The notes under the pieces were generated by a model. It did no database searches. It was given only the letters and a program-made list of their open reading frames with translations, and had not been told where the DNA came from. A DNA stretch of 62,924 nucleotides, the filler included, from Rhabdomonas costata (lineage: Eukaryota): the NCBI GenBank assembly GCA_019059605.1. It is 17 parts of 17 records of this genome, joined end to end, with 100 filler letters (N's around TTAATTAATTAA, not from the genome) between each part and the next. Parts side by side here need not be neighbours in the genome. Positions count along the whole stretch, not along the records: positions 22,271 to 25,878 come from JAHMHO010000673.1; positions 25,979 to 29,584 come from JAHMHO010000674.1; positions 29,685 to 33,289 come from JAHMHO010000675.1; positions 33,390 to 36,992 come from JAHMHO010000676.1; 13 more parts are not named here. One strand, given 5' to 3'. The position numbers were made by a program, and so were the translations under genes. Positions 22,271 to 33,511 of this stretch are shown one piece after another (the first letter of the stretch is position 1; the number at the start of each line of letters is the position of its first letter).

Positions 22271-25200
22271 ATGAGGTCGGCGGTGACCGCTTGGTCCAAG
22301 AAGTAGCCCAAGGAGCAAGGCCCGCCCAGCGCGGTGCTCAAGCACCACTGCGAGGAGCTGCGAAAGAGCACGGCCCCCTTCACTCGACCCCGGTAGTAGG
22401 GGTACCCGGAGTACAGCCCCGGAGAATTGTAGATGTCGCCCACCCAACGGTGATTAGGGTCCAAGAGTTGCACGCTGCACACTGTAACAGGGTAGATGGA
22501 GATGTGGGATACACTTCATAAAAGGTATAGAAGGTACCTTATGTATGTGGATGTACGCAACAGTGTAACGCCGTAGTATGGCACACAACCATGGAACGAA
22601 AAGTGGTGCCTAGAGGGGGGGGGGTCAACGCCCTCGGTTTAGTTTCGTCCTTCAACGCACAATGGCGTTTATCGCATAAAGCAGTTAAACCTAACTGGCG
22701 TTATACGGTTTAATGGCCCCCGAAATCCAAACTTGCTTGCACAAACCCGGCGCCGGTGAAATGGAAGGACGGGTGCACTCCGGATGATGATGCGTCGCGT
22801 GGGCCATGCAGGTCAATAGATAATACACAATGCATCCCTTTGAAGCGATCTCTTGTAGCGCCTATCGGGTCTATCTGACTCTGGACCTATACCAACTGTC
22901 AGGCGAGCAGAACTTTGTTTTTAGGTGTTCGCATGGGAGTGGCGGTAAAAGAGGGCGGTGCTGGGCTTGCCCATAGTGGAGTAGCCGGGAAAAATGAATG
23001 TTGAAATGTGAATCTCCCGCTTTGGGGTTTTTTAGGTGGTGGCGAGGAGAGAACGGAGAAAGGGTGACCCTCATTCTCTGAATAGTTCTTGTGTGTCTGG
23101 ACCGGGACCGGAAACCTTCCTGCACAAATGACAATGCGGTGCTCCAGTCCCGTGGAGGTGAATTTCGCTGACCACGTCCTTCATTGTTTTGTTTTCTTGT
23201 TTCCGCTTGCGCGCGGATGTGGACCCGAAAGCAGCCACAATTTCACAGAAAAAAACGGTGGGGAAGAGGGTGCAAAACCCTGATAGCTGACATAGTTCTG
23301 GGAAGTCATCGAGCTGCCAAAAGCGAGAAAGCCATAACCTCCAATGCCCCAGGTCGTACCCCTGAAACAGGTGAGAAATAAGGGCAACGGTTGCCAGAAA
23401 AAAAAAGGGGGGGGGATAGAAAACGCACTCTCAACTCGAACTGTCATGCTGTCAATGAGTTGCAAAAAAAATCATGAAAGCGCTGTGGGTTGCATAACAT
23501 TATTCCGAAGCGAAACAAAATCGACACAAATTCCATCCCAAAGCTGTTCAACAGTTTCAAAAGAGAGAAAGGAGAACCAGAATCTATAGCCTTCAAGAAG
23601 CCAGTGAGTGGGAAGGTAGAGAAGGGGGGGGTTACCACGAGTTCCGGATAATCCAGTACGGAGGATTTGCGGCACTGTTGTATCCCACCACAACGACGGC
23701 ATGGTCCCAGGTCGTGCCCGTCAGAACCATCACCTTGCCAGGCACGTAGTACTCGAACTCCGAGCCAGCAATCTGGATACTGATCCCCACGGACTTGTAC
23801 TGTGAGAGGGAAAGATGAGAACGACAAGGAAACGGATCACAAAACAATCACGCCGCAATTGTGAAATGAACTGATTTGATTGTTTTAGTTTTAACAACAA
23901 CTGCTTTGTTCGTGCAGATAGTCGATACTGAGGCCGCCTGTTGTCTTTCTTCTAACCAAAACTAGTTTGTACAATGCTCGAGATACTGACATCTCGACTG
24001 AAAAAAAACTGGGGGCTCATACACCACACAACACACAACATGCAAAAGCCCAGGCTGGCTCCGTTCCACGCAACTGTCGACGCGAATCTGATACGGGGTG
24101 GGAGGAGGGGTAATTACCGTTTAAAGAAGTAAGAAGAAAGCAGAAAAGCAATTCGAGAAGCACAAGAAGTCAGGCAAAACGCATCCGCCGTGCAACCTAG
24201 ATGAGCTATGACGAGCCAGATTGCGGAGATTTGGCATTATTTTTATTGTGCGTTGGCAGGCGCTGTGCAAATGCATAAACACAAATCTTCACTTTTTGGG
24301 ACCTGTGGCAATTCGGTGAATTCAGTGGGGACCTGTTCATCAAGGCATCCAGCGATACAGAACACCAACAGGTAGCCATGGGGTGAGAAAGCAGAAAATT
24401 TTTTCTTCGTTATGCCATCAGCAAACTTTTTGAAAACGAGGAAGTGTGATGCTACAAAAGAAAGAGAAGAAATAAGAAGTCGCACCGCGTTGATCAGTTG
24501 CATGATTGTCGTATCCTGGGTGTCAGGGGCGCTGTTCAGGCCACTGCTCAGTCGGACGGGGTGGTTGTGAGGGGCGATGCAGGCTCCCGCGACTCCGCCT
24601 GCACTAGTGTAGGGGTAGTCCTTGGCGAGAACCGCCCCAGGCGCAGGCTCTCCGACGTTCGCCGCGTCGTAGTGGTAGCTGTGCGCGTAGTTTCCACCTG
24701 ACAGTTGCCAAATAAAAATTGAGCAAAAGGCACAACCACCTCAACAGGCAATCTGCAAAAATGCAACCTGGGAACATCGGTTTCGGGGCTGTGCACAACA
24801 GCTGGCAAAAGGATAGGCAAGGAAAAGAGATGGTGAGAGATGGTGAGGGAAAGAAAAGGATCACCGACACGAGCACGTACTACTGTGCTGAGGGAACAAT
24901 AGTTCTGAGACTCCTCCACATGTGTGTGTGCAGTACCATCCGGGTTCGTGCCCCAGCATCTCCCTTGCAGGTCCTGCCGAAGCCGTCATTTGATGAATTT
25001 TGAGACTTCCGTCTGCTTGCCGTGACTGTCTCACTCTGGCCCTTCCTCCTTGGGATTTGTCATGGGTGACAATTGGTTCGGTTCTGGTGGCTCGGGGCTT
25101 GCCACGCCCCACACCCGCCCTCGATTTCGAAGCATTCCCAGGAGCTTATGTTGTGCCTTCGCAGGCTCCACTGAAAAAGCACCATCAGAAGCACCCAGCT

Positions 25201-25698
25201 AAGAGACAGCATTACCAGTTCGACGTCAGGTCGACAGGGCTGAAGAAAACCACACAATTTGAACGGAGACAGAAAACCACCCGCACATTCCCGCATCAAC
25301 CGATGCCCGCAAAAATAATCACGTTGCGTGAAAGGTGACCACAGGGGCATGGGTGAGAAAAAAGACGGTACCAATACAGCCGTTCGACTGCGATGCGCAG
25401 GACGTGAGGTATCTGCAGAGCAAGCGAGCGAGGGAGCAAGAGGCAATGCGGGACGGGAAGCGGCGAGTGCTTAAGTGCACAAGTGCATATGAACCAAATG
25501 TACGGGTCACGGCATGGCAAACTCTTTGAATTTTAGTTTGTTGTGGAATCAACTACTGCTCTGCTGTGGGGCACGCAATTTCGCGAACAAAGGAGAGCAA
25601 TACTGTTCGGAGAGGGATATCGTTCTCTGGAAGGCCGCGGCCAACGCGATCTCCATCATCGCAACCGTGGCAAACGCCCAACAGCAGCCACAAAGTTG
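22271..25698 (-). CDS. Papain-family (C1A) cysteine protease with a C-terminal extension, partial
   Basis: Exons: 25698-25604 (QLCGCCWAF..LSEQ), 25412-25372 (YLTSCASQSNGCI), 24697-24486 (GG..DYPY), 23799-23636 (DHAVVVVGY..YWIIRNSW), 23361-23292 (GTTWGIGGY), and a probable later exon at 22481-22271. The Cys/His/Asn triad is intact. Confidence 0.92.
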
Positions 25699-25978
25699 CT
25701 GCAAACAACCCCGCCTCCACGCATCCATAGGAACATGAACTCTAACCAGAGCAAAGTTAAAACGGGTGAGCAGTGTTGAGGGGAGGGGGGGATTCCGCAC
25801 AAGGTGTACAACGCCGTCGAACAAAAGACCATTTAGCCTATCTTCGAGACACTAGCATCGCTCCCTAACCCCACCACCNNNNNNNNNNNNNNNNNNNNNN
25901 NNNNNNNNNNNNNNNNNNNNNNTTAATTAATTAANNNNNNNNNNNNNNNNNNNNNNNNNNNNNNNNNNNNNNNNNNNN

Positions 25979-28900
25979 GTGGGTTGTTCTCACCATGGCA
26001 GTAATGTAAAGCAACGCTGGGCTGGCCGTATCGTTCCTGGCAAGCGTGGCCATCACTCCTTCGAGGGAGCAGTCGTCCAGAAGAAGCTGCAAAAGCTCCA
26101 CTGCCATCGGCTCCAGCAGGTGCCCCAGGTGCAGCAGAATGGTGTGTTCGACGCTCCCCACGGCCTCCCCCCTCATCACAGCCTTGCAGGTGTTGTCTAC
26201 CAAGGAGCGCAGCAAGTCGGCGCTCCAGGCTTCCGCAAAGCGTGCCAAAAGTTCCTGCAAAAGCTTGGGCCACCGATCCAGCAGTTGCTCCTGAAGCGCA
26301 GCAAAGGGGTCTTTTGCGAGAAATACCTCCTGGGAGAGGCGAAGCTGATTTTTGATAGCGCGGTAACGGGCAGGGCGCACAGACTTGCAGTGACGGCTCA
26401 GTATGCTCAGCAAAACCGGTCGGAAGGCAAGCTGCAAGGAGGACACCGAGATCCCGATCCCGCGGACGCCATAGGCGTGAAGCACCCAGGTGCGGATGTC
26501 TGCCTCTTGGACCGCACCGAGGTCCTCCACCACACCCTGGCCTAAACCTTGCTCCGTCAAACGCGCGCCGAAGGTGTCAATGAATGCGAAATCCCAGCCC
26601 CCCAGGTACACCACATGGCTGTGGGTGCAAAACAGCTTCTCAGGGGGAAGGTGCACCAAAGCAATCATGGCCTTCCTCATACCTACCTGCCGCCCCTTCG
26701 CCTGAGAGGCCCACACTCTTTCGCACTCATCCACCGCAGATCTCAGGAAGGCTAAGGAGGTGCTCCCACAGACGGAAGCATCCACCACCACAACCAGCAA
26801 CCTCTGCTCAGGGTCTTCATAAAACTGCTGTACAGCGTTCTCACAATCATGGGTCGTGCGAATGCCACCCAGGGCAAAGCACCGCACCTGCTCAGGAACG
26901 AGGTGTCCTCCGAGCAGTGACTGCACGAGAGCCAGGGAGCTGGGCAGGCGGTGGAACTCCTCCGAGCTTCGCGAGAAGATCACCCATTTTTGGGCATGCC
27001 TCTCCATCCGCTCCAAGAGGGCGGGAAGGAAACGAGTCAGCGCGAAGTGCTCCTGGGAACGCAGCAGCTCTGAGATGTAGGCCTCTGGGAAAAGCCGGCA
27101 CGTGAAAATCCTTTCCGGGCGGGCAGCCTGAAGCAAGTGGAAGTTGATAGCCCGCACCAGTGCTGCGAACTGCGTCTGCATTAGAGCTTGCCCAGTCTCG
27201 TCCATGGGGGCAGCTTCCAGGGTTGCCGCGGGTGCTGGGCCTTCGATATCGTGCACTGCAACAGAGGGAGGCACGGCGGGGGCATCCACACTCTCTGTGA
27301 CGCTAATCAGCCAGAGAAGGAAAGAATCCACGGTTTCATCCTTGTGGCACCCATACATCAGCTGCCCATCACAGCTTGTGAGGTGCAGCTTGTCGATCAT
27401 CTTCTTCACTGCCTGGCCAAGGACTAGCACCATATCTGTCTGCTCGCCCCTCTGATAATGCGAGAGGAAAGGACGGGCCTGCAGCCGCTTTCTCAGCAGC
27501 AGCCCAGTCGACAGCCGGAACCGTGCGAACCTACTTCGCAGGGGAAGGGGAAGAACCGGCATCTGAGACTCGTGGAAGATCACCACCAGCTTGAAATCCG
27601 GGTGAACCCGGCATGAGGTGGACAAGGACCCGATCGCAACGTTGGCGAAGTAAGCTGCCACCCCACCACTAGCAACCACCTTCTTGAAGTGCCGGTTGGA
27701 GACATCGTACAGAGAGCTCATGATGCTCAGGCCATTTACCAGAACGACGGTTTCACCCACGGGCATCGCGGCTTTGACCATGGCCACGGCCTCCCCTCGT
27801 TTAGCGTCTCGCGCATCATCGGCAAAGGTGGCGACATGCAAGATTTTGCACTTCTCCGGGTCAAGCAGCTTCAGCTCAAAGAGCAGGCGGAGCGCCGCAC
27901 CGCTCTCGGTAGGGTCCACAATCATCACATTGCGGATGGACGATGTGTTGGGGTCTTTGTGGGGCTCCAGCCGCTGCTTCAAGGTACCTTCCAGAAGGGA
28001 AAGCGTGCAGTCACCCATTGAAATGAGTTTATCCTCCACCAAGTCAGCAAGGTTCCGATGAACACTGAACATACCCGCAAGGAATGGCTTCGCGACAGAC
28101 GTCAGGAACTCCGGGTAGGCGCTCCCCCCAAAGTTAGAAAACAGCGCCCGCGCAACAGCCTCAGGTTCCAACCGTACACTGAACGCATTGGGTTGCCGCT
28201 CGTCGTACACCGCACAGCTGTCCCGAATGTGGCGCAGGAAGTACAGGAAATCTCGCAGCTGGAAGAGATTGTTCTCTGTCGCCTTGGAAACTTCAAAGAA
28301 GGCCGCGCAGAGAGAATTGATGACACATCGAGCTTCGTGGTCCTCCCCGTCCTTCTTGACAGCTCCATACAGGCAGCACCAGGCCAGCGTGGAAATGTCC
28401 TCCTCTGAGGGTGGGCCATGCACCAGAAGCAGCGTGCGGTTGGTCTTGGCAGCATCCAAGGTCTTGTTGGACAGCAGCACGCTGCAGATCCCCCCACGGT
28501 CCAGCTCGTAGTGAATGGCTTTCAGAGGCATTTCCTCCTCTGGGGTTAGCCCCGCCTCATCCATGTCAACCACAACCGCGGAGTTGAGATCCCGCTGCTG
28601 CTTTGCAAAGGCATTCTCATAGATCGTCTTAATCTCAGCATCCGTGGACTGCTCCGAGCATTGGTAGTGAAGGGACCAAATGGGCAGCATTTCCCGGTAC
28701 AGCTCCGAGGCGGAGTCCCTGCCACGCATGTTGTCCTTCACAATGGTGAAGGCTAGGGTCTTGGAGCAGCCTGGGGGACCCACAATCAGCAAAGGCATCG
28801 GCAGCTGTGCACACACCCCAATCGCAAAAATGTTTTCCATCAAGGCCTGAGTTGGGGCTGTGCCTGGGGGCACCGTAGTCTTTGTGAACACACCCTCGAG

Positions 28901-29584
28901 GCAACCTTGCACAAGCTGAGTGAACCCAGCCAACCTCAACTCCTCCCCAAAATTGGGAATGTTTCTCAGCAGTATGTTCAGTTCCGCAGCGAAGTCCCTT
29001 CGTGAGCGAGGGGGCAAGCGAAAGTAATATCCCATCGCCACAGCCATCAGCGCGGGCATCCACTCCCAGTATCCTCGACGTGTGGCAAAGGGTGAGACGG
29101 CGAGAAAGCGGCCCCCACAGCGTCTCCCTGCGCCGGCTTCGCAAAAGAAAGAGTGCAGGCGGTGCACTCGCCGAATATCACGCAGGCTGACATGAACCCG
29201 AGAAAGTTTCGCGTCGCGGAGGAACTGCTGCGCAAAGTTAATCAGCTGTGCAGGCAAAAAGCGGGTTTCAGGCGGAGGGTCATCCTGCAAAAGCTGGAGG
29301 GTGAACTGCTTCTCCTGCTCCGGGCTTAGCTCACCAAAGTCCAGCTGGAGGTGAGCCATGGAATTCGGAGGCGGGCGGACAATGAAGTCGTCCTGAGACC
29401 CCTCGACCCCCGTGAAATCAAAGCCAGCAGCCTCCGCGCGAGTTCGAGTCTTGGGATTCATTGCTCCCACCCAGAAGATGTTCTTGGGCAGAGGCTCTCC
29501 ATCGAAGCTGTGGTCATTGAAGATCTCCTTGATCAAGCCCATCAACTTCATGGTCGTGTTGAACTCGTCGATGAACACCAACCC
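25979..29584 (-). CDS. RNF213/mysterin-like dynein-type AAA+ ATPase, internal fragment, intronless
   Basis: About 1200 uninterrupted codons fill the contig. Motifs: VFIDEFNT..GLIKEI..GAMNP, VSLRDIRR, ALMENIFAIGVC..PLLIVGPPGCSKT (Walker A), YQCSEQST, VVDMDEAGL..PLKAIH (Walker B), SNKTLDAAKTNR, LRDF, GETVVLVN..SLYDVSN, CRVHPDFKLVV..PLRSRF. The order is characteristic of RNF213. Confidence 0.88.
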
Positions 29585-29700
29585 NNNNNNNNNNNNNNNN
29601 NNNNNNNNNNNNNNNNNNNNNNNNNNNNTTAATTAATTAANNNNNNNNNNNNNNNNNNNNNNNNNNNNNNNNNNNNNNNNNNNNTTTTGGGGGGGAGAAC

Positions 29701-30729
29701 GTGTACTGCGAGCTGAACCCAAGCACCTCACTGACCCCAGGGTTGCAGCAGGCCCAGCTGTGGGTCAGTGAGGTGCTTGGGTTCAGCTCGCAGTACACGT
29801 TCTCCCTCCCATACTACGGGGTAGAGCAGATCATTGGCGAGCCTCGTGTGACGAGGTATGGCAACGATGCCAACAGCTGGAGCACCTGGGACACCACAGG
29901 GTATCAGTCCCTGGACCCGCAGTACACGTACACGGATTTCATTGAGGTGAAGTTCGGGGCCAAGCTGTACCCGCAGCAGCTGGAGCTCTACGAGGTATCC
30001 TTTGCGTACGATGCTGTTTTGCGCCAACCTCTTGAAATCTTTTTGCGCTCGGGAGAGAGCGCTGTTTCGTCGGCATCGGAAGAAACGTCGCTGATATTGA
30101 TTCTGATGGTGGGGTTTTGTGTAACAGATATAGACAAACCGAATTGAGATATGTTCGGGGCCAAGCTGTACCCGCGGCAGCTGGAGCTCTACGAGGTTTC
30201 ATTTGCGTACGATACTGTTTTGCGCGCTTAATTAATGTCGGGGTAAAAGCGCCTTTTTGTTCGCTTCGTTGGAGTGGCGCTCCTTTCTCCTAGAATCCAC
30301 AGATTTTCCCCTCATCTACAGCTGCTATTCATTTCCCCTTCATCCAGAATTTTGTTGCTTAGAAAGCGAGTCGAAACGTCTCGCGTCTCCCTCGGTTGGC
30401 GCTGCCTTATTCGCTGTTCTAAGACAATGTCTTTCAAGATCTCAAACACATTGCAGTTCAACCGTGCTCTCGCTTCGGTTGGTGCTTGTGTGTTTCCCTG
30501 TAAACCGTGCAACACGTGCACCCATCTCTCTCTCTGTGTGTGTGCTTGCCGAGGCGGCGGTTTTGTTGACAGCGACTCCCAGGACGAATTCCCGCTGCAC
30601 TGTTTTTCTTCATACAGGGATGTTTTTGTGTGTTCGCGTTTGTATATGTTCCTCCCTTGTATACACCTGTGCCCCCCCCCTCGCTCATCCATTCGTCTTC
30701 TCCCCCTATCCGCTCCCATTGAATATTGC

Positions 30730-30766
<37 letters not shown>

Positions 30767-32680
30767 ACAGATCGACGTTATTACTTGGTTGCGCTTTTCC
30801 TCTCATTCTCTCCCCTGCCCGCACGTATCCCCTTTTTTTCCTGCATGCTTGCCCCCTCAATTGAACAATTCTCTGGACATTGTTGCCGGCAGTGTTGTTT
30901 CGATTTCGATTCCAAAAAATGTTTATGCTTGCGTGATGAAAACTGCTACTGGCCACACCTGGACGACCTCCTGAACGTGCCGGGTTTTGGGGTAGCCGTC
31001 ACACATGGTTCACTTCTATTACCCGCCCCATGATTGGAGCGGTAGCCAGCGGTACCCTCTGCACAAATGGCTCTTTAACCGCTGTTGCTTGTTCACCGAT
31101 CAGGAAGTGCGAGACACATGGGGCAAGCAACGTGGGTGGTGCAATGCAGCCGCAGCAAACCAGCGGACTAAACTCCTGGCTTTCAGCAATGCTCGTGAAT
31201 TCGTGAATGAAACTCCCTCATCAGTGCCTTTCAAACCCTTTCTCTGGCGCGTGGATCGGGGTGGTTCCCTCGATACATTTTGGACTGCTATTGAGACATC
31301 CGCCTTTTTGGTCCTTGGTGGGTTTGCGTCTCGGCGTGCAACTCCTCCCGGTGTCCGCTGTAGGGCGGCCGTGTCCCGAGTGTCTCCGACCACCTCCTGC
31401 TGAGCTGTCGGAAGGCTCATTTTTGGGCGCACACAATTCTTTCGCGACCTCCTGTTGGACTTGCTGCTTACCTCGGGTTTTCGCGCCGAGAAGGAAGTCG
31501 GGTTTGTAACCCCCCGCTGACGTCCACATCCATCAATGACCATCATTCAGGCCCTTGGTCCCAATCTGTCCTCTGAGCAGGCTACTGCAGCTGAGGAATG
31601 AAACAAAAACATAATTACCACCTCTTCCAACATGGGTCGCGGGAGGTGGGTTCGGTTTGTCGTGGACACGCTACGGCAGCTCGGCTCCTCTGCGGACCTG
31701 AACTGCGGAGATCGCGGGCGGCGTGCCGCCCCCGATGACGAAGATGAAGGACTGCAGTGGCCACCCTCCTTCCGCACTCGCCTGGCATGCTCCATCGCCA
31801 CCATTGTGGGGACGCAGTTGGCCGCCTCGGCCGCAATCTGCTGCAGCCTGTTCGAGCCCCACAGCGAGGTTGCAAGCGACGCCACCGCGCAGGACGATGA
31901 GGCCGTGAGTGCGGTGGACCCTGTAAATATTTACTGAATGAGATAAAGGCCCCGTTACTGGGACCCCGCGTCTATTGTAGAGTCAGTCCTCCGAAATGTT
32001 TTTGCAGCTCTCCCCCTCCCTTACACACCGGGTCACTTTTTGCAGCCTCACCCTTACCACTCTTTGCCCCCCAGTAGTGGCTTCCCCGCAGTTCTCTGTG
32101 AGCGAGCTCTGCACACGTCTCCTGTACCACCTTTCACCTTTTCATCCCTTTCGTGTTGCTTGTTGTGTGTGTTGTTTCCTGTTTGTTGTTTGCTGCTTGC
32201 AAGTCTTTCACTGAACAGTGGTGACGCTGTGCCGTGAATTTTTCTGTGTTTGATGAAAACATTTTTAAGTAGCTCGTACTCTGATGAGTAATGCAAATGT
32301 TCCCTGTTCCCTTTAATGCACCCTTTATTTTCGTACACCTCTTTTTGCCTGCCCCACTGAAACCTCGCCAACTTCTTTCTGTAACCTCTCAGCTTTTCTA
32401 GGTGCTGAGCAGCCGGAACACTGAACGTGAACATCGTTTTTGTGCTTTTTGTTCAAACTGCTTGTTTGGTTGTGCAGAATGATGGCCCCCGGTCCTTGGT
32501 GCGGGTGCGGACCCCCGACCCGCGCACCTCCGGTGCCTGGCTGACGCTGTGGATGGGCACCGTGATCGCCGCCAACCCAGACGCCTCCATTGTGCGTGTG
32601 ATCCAGATCTGCGGCAGCCCCTTTCCCGTGGACATTCTTCGCCTGGAGGTATGGACATCCTCCTCGGTCATCGCGGGGTG
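29701..32680 (+). CDS. Protein with a pappalysin SD-scarf / FBXL4-N-like beta-sandwich domain, partial
   Basis: Exon 29701-29994 (WVSEVLGFSSQY..QIIGEP..YGND..W..DFIEVKF..YPQQLELYE) joins in phase 0 to the exon starting at 32478 (NDGPRSLVRV..WLTLWMG..ICGSPFPVDILRLE). That exon ends at 32648 or 32680. Confidence 0.7.
30143..30225 (+). repeat. Degenerate tandem copy of the exon 3' end and donor site (29941-30024)
   Basis: GTTCGGGGCCAAGCTGTACCCGC.GCAGCTGGAGCTCTACGAGGT is repeated about 200 bp downstream, with a few substitutions and a 1-nt deletion. Confidence 0.9.
30733..30765. repeat. (CA)n microsatellite
   Basis: Read directly from the sequence. Confidence 0.95.
30850..31940 (+). mobile_element. 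Degenerate CRE/SLACS-clade non-LTR retrotransposon 3' end (CCHC plus restriction-like endonuclease)
   Basis: Frameshifted motifs in the order of CRE-clade RLE elements: RTKLLAF, FWTAI, DHLLLSC..AHNS-FRDLL..SGFRAEKEV..TPADVHI, AAEE*K..NY, FVVDTL-QLG, FRTRLACSIA. It lies inside the intron of the SD-scarf gene. Confidence 0.72.
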
Positions 32681-33511
32681 GTGGTGGTTCATCGGGTTCA
32701 TCTAAGTTTCTTGCAGCGAGTAAGGCGCTAAAAATGCACAGTGCAAGGTATCTCTGGATTTGTACCTCTCACTGCTTCCCGCGGCCCCCGTCCTCACTTG
32801 TGTACCACCAGGTTAATGGCTGCTTTCGTGTTTGTGTTCTCCTTTCTTCACCTTCACGCTCTTCTAACTTCCCCTCCCTCGGTCCCGCTCCTCTCTACTT
32901 CCTGCCTTCTTGCGAATCCAGCTGGACAGATGTCTAGTCATTGCCGTTCTTGTTTGAATAGAGCTTTTAATATCCAAGGGCAACTTGATGAATGCTACCT
33001 ACCCATCGACGATTCACTTTGTTCGCACCGGGACAGCCTTCGTCCCGAGGCACTTCAACTTTCACTTCCACTTCCCCAAACACCTCGGGGAAGCGTTCAG
33101 GCTTGTCAGAATGCAGGTTATTGCTATGGAGGCTCTCAAAAGGTCCACACCCAACACGCACAAAGCCAAGTCACTCCACCAACGCCAAGAGGTTGTGAAC
33201 AACCATCAGCGCCCAGAGGCTATGAACGTCGGGCACAAACACAACACGTACTAAAACAAACAAAAACCACACACACAAACTGGCCAAAANNNNNNNNNNN
33301 NNNNNNNNNNNNNNNNNNNNNNNNNNNNNNNNNTTAATTAATTAANNNNNNNNNNNNNNNNNNNNNNNNNNNNNNNNNNNNNNNNNNNNTTTTGTTGTGC
33401 GGCAACGGGTCTGGTTTGTGTGCTTTATGGCTGTGCGCTGAATGGTTTTACCAGGACGGGTTTTGGTCGATCGACCCACACACGCACACACATGGCCCGC
33501 TCGCTGCACAG

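Noticed and set aside
22783-22880. Possible C/D-box snoRNA (ATGATGA...CTGA)
   Set aside because: The terminal stem is weak, the putative rRNA guide is mismatched, and it is antisense to the host protease gene.
30257-31033. 258-aa ORF and overlapping ORFs
   Set aside because: They run through intronic pyrimidine-rich and (CA)n sequence and have no recognisable domain.
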